From an uncultured Erythrobacter sp. (GTDB taxonomy: Bacteria > Pseudomonadota > Alphaproteobacteria > Sphingomonadales > Sphingomonadaceae), in the NCBI GenBank assembly GCA_947488155.1, contig CANKYK010000001.1, positions 1,194,439 to 1,258,438 of the forward strand: a stretch of DNA of 64,000 nt, given 5' to 3'. Position numbers and translations under genes: made by a program. Every line of letters begins with the position of its first letter. Position 1 is the first letter of the stretch. A model generated the notes under the pieces. It was not told where the DNA came from, ran no database searches, and worked only from the letters and a program-made list of their open reading frames with translations. Shown here piece after piece: positions 29,052 to 38,528 of the stretch.

Positions 29052-29549
29052 ATGGTCATAGATTCCGGCTTTCGACCCACGCACATTGTTGGCATTTGGC
29101 GAGGGGGCGCTCCTATCGGTATTGCGGTGCAGGAGCTGTTGGAGTTCCGCGGCATCGCGTGCGATCACAGCGCGATCAGGACTTCCTCCTATACCGGCAT
29201 CGATTGCCAAGAGCCGATGGTGAAGGTGTATGCCCTTGGTTACCTGATCGACACACTCAATGCAGAAGATGCTCTTCTGGTTGTGGACGATGTATTCGAC
29301 TCAGGTCGGTCCATAGAAGCCTTCTTGCACGAACTGCGTGAGAAGTGCCGACGAAACATGCCCCGAACGGTGAAGATTGCGACCGTCTTCTACAAGCCGT
29401 CACGCAACCAGACAGATCTCGCTCCCGATTTCTATGTCGAGGAGACCGAAGATTGGCTGGTCTTCCCGCACGAACTTCAGGGATTAAGTGATGCGGAAAT
29501 ACGCGTCCACAAACCGGCTGCATCGCAGATTCTCCGCCCTACTTCATAA
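29052..29549 (+). CDS. Purine-type phosphoribosyltransferase, probably N-terminally disrupted by a frameshift (see findings)
   Basis: PRPP-binding loop LLVVDDVFDSGRS and an IVGIWRGGAPIG segment. A likely genuine N-terminus is encoded in another frame from 28990. Confidence 0.8.
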   Translation: MVIDSGFRPTHIVGIWRGGAPIGIAVQELLEFRGIACDHSAIRTSSYTGIDCQEPMVKVYALGYLIDTLNAEDALLVVDDVFDSGRSIEAFLHELREKCRRNMPRTVKIATVFYKPSRNQTDLAPDFYVEETEDWLVFPHELQGLSDAEIRVHKPAASQILRPTS

Positions 29550-29571
29550 AGCAGCGCAAAGAGGACAACCG

Positions 29572-30765
29572 CTAGGGCTTGGCACCCGCCGCTATCCATT
29601 CACCCAACACGTCCCGTTCGCTCTGGGTCATGCTTGACGTATTGCCGAGAGGCATCGAGTTCGTTTTGACTGCGCGAGCCTCAATCTGAGAAGCGGCTTG
29701 CTGGGCATGTTCAAAAGTGTCCAATCGCAAGCCCACAGCGGTCACGGGAAATGCTGGATCAGTCGGATTAGCGCTATGGCACGAGGTGCAATGCTGTTGC
29801 AGTATCGGAGCGACGGTAGCGTAAGTCACCGGCTCCGGTCTGCTTGCTTGCGATGGTGGCCGCGGATCATCTCTCTCAAGTGAAACATAGATCACGGCAC
29901 TGAGCGCCAGAATTGCAATCAACAGATACAGGGGTTCTGAGGATTGCCCACGATGGCGGAGATTAAATGCGTGCCGAATGGCAACGCCAAGCAGCGCAAT
30001 GATGCCGAGCACCAGCCAAGGTCGCTCCGCGCCGTAAGTCATCGGATGATGCTGGCTGATCATTATGAACAACACAGGCAATGTCATGTAGTTGTTGTGG
30101 ACTGATCGCTGTTTAGCCTGCTGACCAAGCTTCGGATCTGGTGTCTTGTCGGAAACCAGGTCCGCAACCACCTTTCGTTGATTGGGAATGATAACGAAAA
30201 AGACGTTCGCCACCATCACCGTGCCTGCCATTGCGCCTATATGGATATATGCCGCCTTGGAGCTGAAATAGCTGTCGAGCAGAGCCGCGGCGCCCACGAG
30301 AAACGAAAACCACAGCGCTCCGAGCCAACGATTATCCCGGCCAACAGGGGTTCGGCACAGTAAATCGTAGAAGAGCCAAGATACCACGATCGCTGCGAGC
30401 GCAAGGGCGATCGCCCATGGCACGCTTATGTCTGATTTCGCAGGGTCGATCAGGTAGTTATTGGCACCCCAGTAATAAATGAGCACCAGTAGGGAAAAGC
30501 CACTTATCCAAGTGAAATATGCTTCCCATTTGAACCAATGGAGATCCTGAGGCATCTTGGCAGGAGCGACCTGGTACTTCTGTTTATGATAGAAGCCGCC
30601 TCCGTGAACCGACCAAACTTCACCGGAAGCGTTGCCCTCTTCAGGACGTTTGAGATGATTGTCGAGCCAGACGAAGTAAAACGATGACCCAATCCACGCG
30701 ATCCCTGCAGTAATGTGTAACCATCGGAAGGCCAAGTTGAGCCATTCCACAAAATCAATCGACAT
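29572..30765 (-). CDS. puuD: Urate hydroxylase PuuD (integral-membrane cytochrome c urate oxidase)
   Basis: 397-aa polytopic membrane domain (DUF989-like) with a C-terminal haem c motif, CTSCH. It sits last in the hiuH-xdhABC operon. Confidence 0.8.
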   Translation of the reverse strand: MSIDFVEWLNLAFRWLHITAGIAWIGSSFYFVWLDNHLKRPEEGNASGEVWSVHGGGFYHKQKYQVAPAKMPQDLHWFKWEAYFTWISGFSLLVLIYYWGANNYLIDPAKSDISVPWAIALALAAIVVSWLFYDLLCRTPVGRDNRWLGALWFSFLVGAAALLDSYFSSKAAYIHIGAMAGTVMVANVFFVIIPNQRKVVADLVSDKTPDPKLGQQAKQRSVHNNYMTLPVLFIMISQHHPMTYGAERPWLVLGIIALLGVAIRHAFNLRHRGQSSEPLYLLIAILALSAVIYVSLERDDPRPPSQASRPEPVTYATVAPILQQHCTSCHSANPTDPAFPVTAVGLRLDTFEHAQQAASQIEARAVKTNSMPLGNTSSMTQSERDVLGEWIAAGAKP

Positions 30766-31793
30766 CAGGCATTTTCCGAAATTGTGTTGTTGACGTGCGT
30801 CTCGCAGCGCACGTTTGGTGCGATTGCGCGTGGCAGATTGGGAGTGAGAAATGGCAACAGTTGAGCAGCGGTAGAGAGCGCAACAGTTCCAGGATCCTTG
30901 GATTTGGTGCCAGGAATGCCAATGGGTGACGTGAGATGATCGATTTCATCTCGCGTGAGTCCGTCCTGGCGCAATCTCCGCACGAACCGAGCCCGCTTCG
31001 TTTTTGACCCAATCAGCCCGCAATAGGCACTATTGCCTGACCGCAGGATCGACTTCACCCAAGCATAGTCGAGATCGTGACTATGGGTAAGGATGACGGC
31101 TAGAACCTTATCGTCCCAGAAGTGGGCAATCTCATCCATTCGTTCAGTCAGCATCACTTCAAACCGTGGCGACAGTTCGGCGGAGACCTCTTCCCGCGGA
31201 TCGACAACGATTGTTTTGCAACGCACGGGCTCGAGAATGTGAGCGAGAGCGCGACCGATATGGCCTCCACCGAAGATGAAGACTTTTCGAGGGTTCGCCG
31301 TGGTCTTCTCTTCCCAAAAGGTGCCATCAAACCCGTCAATCGGATCGCTTGGCCCCGTTACCTCTCGACCTCCCAACGACGCCAAGCAGGATCCGTCTGG
31401 TGCCAACAGCCACTTCCCGTATTCGTCAGGAAGGCAGTTTGTCCGGATAGTTGCATCCTCAGTCTTGGCAGCCTCAGCGAAGGCTTGGTCAACTGGCGTA
31501 TATTTCTCGTAGACAAGCCTCACGCGCCCGCCACAACACTGAGAGAGAAGCGGTCCGAGTGGCAAATCTTGGTTGAGACAGCGCTGCTCATGCCTAATCA
31601 GACGACGCGACTGTTCAATTGCTTGAAATTCGAGGTTTCCCCCACCGATTGTGCCCCATATCCGGTCTTCTCCAACCAGCATTCGTGATCCAACCGAGCA
31701 TGGCGCTGATCCACGCACGTCAACGCACGTAACACTAACGATAGCTTTTCCGTCTTCTAGATTTTCACTGAGCGAGGAAAGCCAATCAATCAT
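30765..31793 (-). CDS. xdhC: Xanthine dehydrogenase accessory/maturation protein XdhC
   Basis: XdhC-like N-terminus (VDVRGSAPCSVGSRMLV...GTIGGGNLE) and a Rossmann-like C-terminal half (IFGGGHIGRAL). ATG at 31793 overlaps the xdhB stop. Confidence 0.85.
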   Translation of the reverse strand: MIDWLSSLSENLEDGKAIVSVTCVDVRGSAPCSVGSRMLVGEDRIWGTIGGGNLEFQAIEQSRRLIRHEQRCLNQDLPLGPLLSQCCGGRVRLVYEKYTPVDQAFAEAAKTEDATIRTNCLPDEYGKWLLAPDGSCLASLGGREVTGPSDPIDGFDGTFWEEKTTANPRKVFIFGGGHIGRALAHILEPVRCKTIVVDPREEVSAELSPRFEVMLTERMDEIAHFWDDKVLAVILTHSHDLDYAWVKSILRSGNSAYCGLIGSKTKRARFVRRLRQDGLTRDEIDHLTSPIGIPGTKSKDPGTVALSTAAQLLPFLTPNLPRAIAPNVRCETHVNNTISENA

Positions 31794-34107
31794 TGCTTCC
31801 CTCTCTTGCCATTTCCTCAATCGCCATCAGCACGCGCTCGGGTGTGATTGGGGTATCTATCTGCGGCAATGTCTTTTCAGGCTTGGTCTGAGCAATCGCC
31901 ATCTCAAGCGCAGAAACCACCGAGATCGCTAACATAAATGGCGGCTCGCCAACCGCCTTGGAGCGGTAGATTGTCGGCTCCTTGTTCTCACCCTTTTCCC
32001 AAAGGTGCATGTTAAAGGTCTTAGGGCGATCTCCGGCAGAAGGGATCTTATAGGTTGATGGAGCATGCGTCCGAAGGCGCAGCGATTGGTCGAAAAAGAG
32101 CTCCTCCGTGGTAAGCCATCCCATCCCTTGAATGAAGGCGCCCTCTACTTGCCCTAGATCAATTGCGGGATTGAGCGACCGACCAACATCATGCAGAATG
32201 TCCGTTCGAATGACTCTGTATTCTCCGGTCAATGTATCGACCAGTACTTCGGAAACCGCAGCTCCGTAAGCAAAGTAGTAAAATGGCCTCCCTTTGCCTT
32301 TTTCGCGATCGAAATCGAGATCCGGTGTCTTGTAAAAGCCAGCAGCTGAAAGCTGCACTCGGCCAAAGTAAGCGCGCTTGATAAACTCAGCGAAAGTTCC
32401 TTTGAAACTGCCCGCCACGACCCGGCCATCGCGAAATTCGACTTCATCGCGATTGCACCCAAATTCATCACGTGCAAAGTCGATCAATCGTGCCTTGATC
32501 TGCCGCACGGCATCAAATGCCGCCATTCCGTTGAGGTCGCTTCCAGATGAAGCGGCGGTGGCCGAGGTGTTGGGAACTTTACCGGTCGTTGTTGCCGTTA
32601 TCTTGATGGAGTTGAGAGGAACCTGAAATTCCTGAGCGACGACTTGAGCCACTTTCACAAATAGGCCTTGCCCCATCTCGGTGCCACCGTGATTGAGATG
32701 GATGCTCCCGTCAGAGTAGACATGCACCAGCGCGCCGGCTTGGTTGTAATGTTTGGCCGTGAAAGAGATACCAAATTTTACGGGCGTGAGGGCAATGCCT
32801 CTCTTGGAAAACTTATTCTGCCGATTGTAATCAAGTACATTCGCCCGGCGGTCCTGATAGTCACTGCTCTTTTCCAATTCCGAAACAATCTGGTCAGCGA
32901 CGAAATCCTCGACCCGCATACCGTAAGGTGTCTCGCAGTGCGCGCCGTGACGATAGAAGTTGCGCTTGCGAACATCCAGAGGATCGAGGCCAAGCTCGGC
33001 AGCGACCGCATCCATTACGCGCTCAATAGCCAGCATCCCTTGAGGGCCGCCAAAACCACGGAAAGCGGTGTTAGAAACCGTATGTGTCTTATAGCGATGG
33101 GAGATGATCTCGACGTCAGGCAAATGATAACAATTGTCGGAGTGAAACATCGCTCGGTCATTGATGGCGTTAGAGAGATCAAGCGAACGCCCGCATCGTG
33201 AAGCAAGCTCAAGACGCAAAGCCGACACCAAACCGTCTTCCTGAAACCCGACATCAAAACTTACGTGAAAATCATGACGCTTACCGGTCATGATCATGTC
33301 GTCATCCCGGTCGAGGCGCAGCTTGGCCGGACGCCCTGTTTTCTGCGCCGCAAGTGCGGCAATTGCGGCAACATGTGCTGGCGTCGTCTCTTTACCGCCA
33401 AAACCGCCGCCCATTCGGCGCACCTCTACAGTGACAGCATTGTCGCGCTGGTTGAGCGAACGCGCGACTAGGTGCTGTACTTCGGTGGGATGCTGCGTGG
33501 AGCTATACACGAGCATGTCGCCGTCTTCGGCCGGAGTAGCCATCGCTACTTGGCCTTCGAGGTAGAAGTGATCTTGCCCGCCAATGGCAAAAGCACCCGA
33601 TGCGCGGCGTGCCGAGTTCGCAAATCCAGACACGACATCGCCTTGCGTAAAGGTCATGCTGGGGGCAATCTTGTGATCGAGTTCGCGAGCGGCGGAAATA
33701 TCGCCGATGGCGGGGAGCGGAGTGTAATCGATCACCGCAAGCTTTCGCGCGGCTATGGCCGCGTCTCGCGAGGTGGCAATAACGGCAAAAATTGCCTGGC
33801 CAACATACTCGACTTTGCCATCGGCAAAAATCGGATCGTCACCGGCGATAGGGCTAACGTCGTTTACCCCAATCACATCCTCGACCGTTAGTACATCCAC
33901 GACGCCTGGAAAGTTTCGTACCTTGCTGAGGTCGACAATCGCAAATTCTGCATGAGCGTGTTCGCTCATTCCAACCTGTACGTGGAGAAGACCACGAGGT
34001 TCGGCGATGTCATCGGTATAGATCGCCGATCCGACCACATGTTTGTGCGCGCTGTCGTGTTTGACCGGCCGATGACTAAATTCGGTTGCTATGCCTTGCT
34101 TGGTCAT
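31786..34107 (-). CDS. xdhB: Xanthine dehydrogenase molybdopterin-binding subunit
   Basis: 773-aa ORF with aldehyde-oxidase/XDH a/b-hammerhead and Mo-binding domains (GGGFGGKE, ...GEPP...). Confidence 0.95.
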   Translation of the reverse strand: MTKQGIATEFSHRPVKHDSAHKHVVGSAIYTDDIAEPRGLLHVQVGMSEHAHAEFAIVDLSKVRNFPGVVDVLTVEDVIGVNDVSPIAGDDPIFADGKVEYVGQAIFAVIATSRDAAIAARKLAVIDYTPLPAIGDISAARELDHKIAPSMTFTQGDVVSGFANSARRASGAFAIGGQDHFYLEGQVAMATPAEDGDMLVYSSTQHPTEVQHLVARSLNQRDNAVTVEVRRMGGGFGGKETTPAHVAAIAALAAQKTGRPAKLRLDRDDDMIMTGKRHDFHVSFDVGFQEDGLVSALRLELASRCGRSLDLSNAINDRAMFHSDNCYHLPDVEIISHRYKTHTVSNTAFRGFGGPQGMLAIERVMDAVAAELGLDPLDVRKRNFYRHGAHCETPYGMRVEDFVADQIVSELEKSSDYQDRRANVLDYNRQNKFSKRGIALTPVKFGISFTAKHYNQAGALVHVYSDGSIHLNHGGTEMGQGLFVKVAQVVAQEFQVPLNSIKITATTTGKVPNTSATAASSGSDLNGMAAFDAVRQIKARLIDFARDEFGCNRDEVEFRDGRVVAGSFKGTFAEFIKRAYFGRVQLSAAGFYKTPDLDFDREKGKGRPFYYFAYGAAVSEVLVDTLTGEYRVIRTDILHDVGRSLNPAIDLGQVEGAFIQGMGWLTTEELFFDQSLRLRTHAPSTYKIPSAGDRPKTFNMHLWEKGENKEPTIYRSKAVGEPPFMLAISVVSALEMAIAQTKPEKTLPQIDTPITPERVLMAIEEMAREGSND

Positions 34108-35558
34108 GTGTCAGCACACTCCAGACGAGGCATGTCGTGTCCAACGGATTGCAGAAGGAATTTCTTAAGTAGGTTTCGCGCCACGAGTCGGCGATAGTCC
34201 GCCGACGCACGATGGTCGGCCAAGGGCGCAAAGTCTCGAGCCAGCGCATCCGCGGCCTTAGTGATTTGCTCATCAGAAAGAGGCTGCCCGCGCAGCACGC
34301 TTTCAGCCGCCGCGGCGCGTTTCGGAATGCCAGCCATCCCACCAAAAGCTATTCTGATCTCAGAGACTTTCTTGCCCGCAGTCCGGAGATAGAATGCTCC
34401 GCAAACCGAAGAGATATCCTGCTCGAAGCGTTTCGATATCTTGTAGACTTCGAACACGTCATTTTCTGCCGGAAGCGGAATGTTGATGCGAGCAAGGAGT
34501 TCGTCTGGCCGACGATCTTGGTGTCCATACTCAATATAAAAATCCTGGAGCGGCAGTTCGCGAGCGCCTTCCGAGCCAATAAGCTCGATACTGGCGCCAA
34601 GCGCGATCAACGCAGGCGGCAAGTCCCCAATGGGAGACCCGTTAGCAATGTTGCCTCCAACAGTCGCTCTACTTCGAATTTGCAGAGAGCCAAATCGCGA
34701 CAACATCGGATCTATCGAAGGGATCGCTTCGTTCAGCAAACGGCGTAACTGTGCCACCGTTGTCGATGCGCCAACCCGAAGTTGCTTCTCGCTTAGAGAA
34801 ATCTCTCGAAGCTCTTCGATGCGCGACACATCAACAAGGTGCTCAAAACGCACCTGGTGCTTGGTAACATGCAGTCCGAGATCCGTACCGCCCGCCAAGA
34901 AGCGGACACCCGTGCGGGTGCTGACCACATCTTTGAGCTGGTCTAAGTTTCGCGGTGCAGCGTAAGTCCGCTTCGCTTTAGACTGCGGACAATGGTACTC
35001 GAATTGTAGCATCTCACTAACGTCAAGCTCGCTCAGCTGGTCGACGAACGATGTTGACGCGTTCTCACTGGCAAGGAGGCCCTCTTCAGCAGCTTCAAGA
35101 ATAGGGCCGTAGCCTGTGCATCGACAAAGATTTCCGGCGATGATTTCTTTCGTTCTTTCCGGGCTTAGTTGGCCTCCGGAAGCTGAGGCCGAGAACAACG
35201 ACATGACAAAGCCCGGAGTGCAAAATCCGCACTGCGATGCGTGCCGATCAACAAAAGACTTTTGAATAGGATGCAGTTCACCATTCTCGTCGGCAAGGCT
35301 TTCGACGGTAGAAACCGCGCATCCATCCACTGCCGGCAAAAACAGAATGCATGCATTGACTGCGCGAGTTTCGACATTACCCGCGCTGCGCGTCGTTAGA
35401 GCCACCGTGCACGCTCCGCAGTCGCCCTCACGGCAACCCTCTTTCGTCCCCGTCAGCGCTCTTTGCTCCCTCAAAAAATCGAGAAGCGTCTGCGTAGGAT
35501 CGCAGCCACTCACTTCAACCAGTTCTCCATTCAGGAGAAATCTTATTGCTGCACCCAC
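34104..35558 (-). CDS. xdhA: Xanthine dehydrogenase small subunit (2Fe-2S plus FAD-binding)
   Basis: CREGDCGACTV and CRCTGY iron-sulfur motifs followed by an FAD-binding domain. GTG start. Confidence 0.95.
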   Translation of the reverse strand: MGAAIRFLLNGELVEVSGCDPTQTLLDFLREQRALTGTKEGCREGDCGACTVALTTRSAGNVETRAVNACILFLPAVDGCAVSTVESLADENGELHPIQKSFVDRHASQCGFCTPGFVMSLFSASASGGQLSPERTKEIIAGNLCRCTGYGPILEAAEEGLLASENASTSFVDQLSELDVSEMLQFEYHCPQSKAKRTYAAPRNLDQLKDVVSTRTGVRFLAGGTDLGLHVTKHQVRFEHLVDVSRIEELREISLSEKQLRVGASTTVAQLRRLLNEAIPSIDPMLSRFGSLQIRSRATVGGNIANGSPIGDLPPALIALGASIELIGSEGARELPLQDFYIEYGHQDRRPDELLARINIPLPAENDVFEVYKISKRFEQDISSVCGAFYLRTAGKKVSEIRIAFGGMAGIPKRAAAAESVLRGQPLSDEQITKAADALARDFAPLADHRASADYRRLVARNLLKKFLLQSVGHDMPRLECADT

Positions 35559-35563
35559 CTTCG

Positions 35564-35929
35564 TTAACTCCCGCGATATGTCGAGTAGCCAAATGGCGAG
35601 AGAATCAGCGGCACGTGGTAATGCGATTCCGAGTCCGATATCTGAAAATTCAACGCAACAATGCCCAAGAACGGGTCGACAGGAACGGAGCCGTCCAGCT
35701 TGAAATAAGTCTCCGCATCGAATTCAAGGCAATACGCTCCAGCTACTAAGCGATCACCTTCCAGCATTGGCGAAGTAGGGCGACCATCAGGTCCAGTCAC
35801 GCCGCGCGCGACCTCCTCTCGCGCAGATCCGAACCCATCCGAGTGCTTGAACAATACGAATCCCAGCCCCGACGCAGGCTTGCCTGATCGCGTATCCAGC
35901 GCATGCGTTGTCAATCGCCCAGTTGGCAC
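35564..35929 (-). CDS. hiuH: 5-Hydroxyisourate hydrolase (transthyretin-like)
   Basis: 121-aa ORF with the C-terminal signature YSTYRGS. GTG start with GGAGGG upstream. Confidence 0.9.
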   Translation of the reverse strand: MPTGRLTTHALDTRSGKPASGLGFVLFKHSDGFGSAREEVARGVTGPDGRPTSPMLEGDRLVAGAYCLEFDAETYFKLDGSVPVDPFLGIVALNFQISDSESHYHVPLILSPFGYSTYRGS

Positions 35930-35989
35930 TTGTCACCCTCCTCTCTCATCAATTTTGATTCCATTGATTGACTAGCACACTCTTAGAAC

Positions 35990-36001
35990 TTAAACGTTTC
36001 A
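35990..36001. promoter_or_regulatory. Candidate LacI-family operator TTAAACGTTTCA (11 of 12)
   Basis: In the divergent hiuH / puuE control region, 61 nt from hiuH and 48 nt from puuE. Confidence 0.55.
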
Positions 36002-36048
36002 TCTGACAAGTCACATAAATGCTCTACTAGGAAATTTTTCTGCGCGCG

Positions 36049-36963
36049 ATGGATAAAAACGACCGAAATCTAGCTGGTTACGGGGAGAAGCGCCCTAACC
36101 CGCATTGGCCAGATGATGCTCGGATCGCGGTCCAGTTCGTACTCAATTACGAGGAGGGTGGCGAGAATTGCGTGCTCTACGGCGATGAGGGCGCGGAAAC
36201 TTTCCTTTCTGACATAATGCCTGCGCCCGATATCGTCGGCATGCGCCATATGAGTATGGAGTCGCTTTTCGAGTATGGTAGCCGAGCTGGCGTCTGGCGG
36301 ATACTTCGCTTGTTTGAAGAACGCGGCTGGCCGCTGACGGTCTTTGCTGTCGCTAGCGCGTTGGCGAATTATCCTGCGCTGGCGCGACGGTTTTTGCACG
36401 GCGGTCACGAAGTCGCCGCTCACGGTTACCGCTGGATCGACTATCAGAATGTTACGGTGGACGAGGAGAGAGATCACATAGCGAAAGCTATCGACTCTCT
36501 TACCGAACTGCTCGAAGAGCGACCGGGTGGGTGGTACACTGGCCGAACAAGTCCGAATACCCTCGATATCATCTCCAATGAGCACGATTTAGTTTATTGC
36601 GCAGATGACTACAGCGATGACCTTCCCTTCTGGGACCATCGCTTTGGCAGCCCATTGCTCATCGTACCTTACGCTCTGGATACCAATGACATGCGCTATG
36701 CTGCGGCACACGGGTTCGCAAATGGCGAGCAGTTCTTTGCGTATTTGAAGGACACTTTCGATGTTCTGTATGCCGAGGGTGCGGAGCGGCCCGCCATGAT
36801 GTCGATCGGGCTACATTGTCGCCTCGCAGGAAAACCAGGCCGGTTTGCAGGTCTGAAGAAATTCGTTGAGTACGTTGCCGATCACGATCGTGTGTGGGTC
36901 TGTCGACGGCTAGATATCGCCAACCATTGGCGTGCAAATTTCCCCGCCGAAGAGACCCGCTAA
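36049..36963 (+). CDS. puuE: Allantoinase PuuE (polysaccharide-deacetylase fold)
   Basis: 304-aa ORF. ...HWPDDARIAVQFVLNYEEGGE...YGSRAGVWRILRLF... matches PuuE-type allantoinases. Confidence 0.9.
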   Translation: MDKNDRNLAGYGEKRPNPHWPDDARIAVQFVLNYEEGGENCVLYGDEGAETFLSDIMPAPDIVGMRHMSMESLFEYGSRAGVWRILRLFEERGWPLTVFAVASALANYPALARRFLHGGHEVAAHGYRWIDYQNVTVDEERDHIAKAIDSLTELLEERPGGWYTGRTSPNTLDIISNEHDLVYCADDYSDDLPFWDHRFGSPLLIVPYALDTNDMRYAAAHGFANGEQFFAYLKDTFDVLYAEGAERPAMMSIGLHCRLAGKPGRFAGLKKFVEYVADHDRVWVCRRLDIANHWRANFPAEETR

Positions 36964-37508
36964 TGCACGGCCGGCTCGACACTTTGCTTCCGCAGAAGAC
37001 CATGGCCGCCCTTGCCAGGTTCCTAGGGGTGTTCGGCGAAGTCTACGAGCACTCACCTTGGATTCCAGAAGCGGCATGGCGGGAATTGAAAGAAGAGAAA
37101 TCCCCTTCTTTCGCTTTGCTCGCGCAAAAGATGGAGCAACTCGTATGCGCAGCTCCAAAAGATAGGCAATTGGCATTGCTGCGCGCGCATCCCGAACTTG
37201 CAGGACGCGCAGCTCTGGAGGGCGATCTGACCAATAGCTCTCAATCGGAACAGGCGAGTGCTGGCCTGGACCAATGCAACCCCAGCGAGCTTGCTGAGAT
37301 TAGCCGGCTAAATGCGCTCTACCAAAAGCGTTTCGGCTTTCCGTTCATCATCGCGGTGCGGGGATTGTCGCGCGCTGACGTTTTAGCATCGATGCGCAAA
37401 CGCAGCGAGCTTGGCGCTGATGAGGAGCGCGTCGAAGCTCTAAAGCAGGTCAATAGAATCGCGAAAATGAGATTGGAACAGATTGCCACATGCAAAGGAA
37501 CTTTTTGA
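36963..37508 (+). CDS. uraD: OHCU (2-oxo-4-hydroxy-4-carboxy-5-ureidoimidazoline) decarboxylase
   Basis: ATG at 36963 overlaps the puuE stop (TAATG). The motifs EHSPWI...LRAHPELAGR...SQSEQASAGL are typical. Confidence 0.85.
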   Translation: MHGRLDTLLPQKTMAALARFLGVFGEVYEHSPWIPEAAWRELKEEKSPSFALLAQKMEQLVCAAPKDRQLALLRAHPELAGRAALEGDLTNSSQSEQASAGLDQCNPSELAEISRLNALYQKRFGFPFIIAVRGLSRADVLASMRKRSELGADEERVEALKQVNRIAKMRLEQIATCKGTF

Positions 37509-38526
37509 CGTGACCGCTCCCGAGACGATTCCGACATGGGCTCAACGAGCCGTCAATTTGGCACAGCCGCGTCTCGGAGCCAAAGTGATAGGCTCAAGCG
37601 ACGATTTCTTCGCCTCCCATGATCGTCTTATCGACCCGACCGATCCTGTTTTCAAACCGGGCGTATACGACGAGAACGGCAAGTGGATGGATGGTTGGGA
37701 GTCGCGTCGAAAACGTGGTCAAGGACATGATAACTGTGTAATTGCGCTCGGCCAGCCCGGCTTTGTCTTGGGCGTCGAAGTGGACACCCGCCACTTTACC
37801 GGCAACTACGTCCCAGCCGTGGCCTTAGACGCTTGCGTCTCGAAAGAAGGCGGTGATCCGACCGGGAGTGATTGGGTTCAAGTCCTTCCGCCCAGTGCGC
37901 TATCTGGCGATCATCGTCACTTCTTCAGATTGCCGGATAGCGAGACTGCTTGGACGCACCTGAGGTTGCGAGCCTACCCCGACGGCGGCATCGCGCGTCT
38001 TCGAGTTTATGGGCATGTTTGCGGAAACTTGGACACTCACAGCAGCACAGCCCCAATAGATCTAGCAGCACTTGAGAATGGCGGAAGAGCAGTGGTCGCG
38101 AGCGATGCTCACTTCGGTGAGCTTGCGAACTTGATCGCGCCTGGCAGAGGCAAAGATATGGGAGATGGTTGGGAAACCCGTCGGCGGCGCGAACCCGGCT
38201 TTGATTGGGGTATTATCAAGCTGGCGCATCCAGGTTCGATAGAGCGGCTCGAGATTGATACGGCGCATTTCAAGGGCAACTTTGCGTTTGAGACGATTGT
38301 CTATGGCGGGATGGTTGGTGATCTGCCCGATCTCGCTCTACCCACCTTGGCGATCTACTGGCCTGTCTTGTTGCCCGCCACACGCCTCACGGCTGACGCT
38401 GTGCATGAATTCGTCGCAGATTTGCAAGACATCGGGCCAGTTGATCACCTCCGGATCGACATGATCCCCGATGGAGGGATTTCCCGGCTGCGCGCCCTCG
38501 GAACCATTGCAAAGGGACACCAATAA
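37483..38526 (+). CDS. alc: Allantoicase
   Basis: Two allantoicase repeats (...DDFFAS...DGWESRRKR... and ...[11 protein letters not shown]...). The start is uncertain: TTG at 37483, or GTG at 37510 just after the uraD stop. Confidence 0.9.
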   Translation: MPHAKELFDVTAPETIPTWAQRAVNLAQPRLGAKVIGSSDDFFASHDRLIDPTDPVFKPGVYDENGKWMDGWESRRKRGQGHDNCVIALGQPGFVLGVEVDTRHFTGNYVPAVALDACVSKEGGDPTGSDWVQVLPPSALSGDHRHFFRLPDSETAWTHLRLRAYPDGGIARLRVYGHVCGNLDTHSSTAPIDLAALENGGRAVVASDAHFGELANLIAPGRGKDMGDGWETRRRREPGFDWGIIKLAHPGSIERLEIDTAHFKGNFAFETIVYGGMVGDLPDLALPTLAIYWPVLLPATRLTADAVHEFVADLQDIGPVDHLRIDMIPDGGISRLRALGTIAKGHQ

Positions 38527-38528
38527 TC

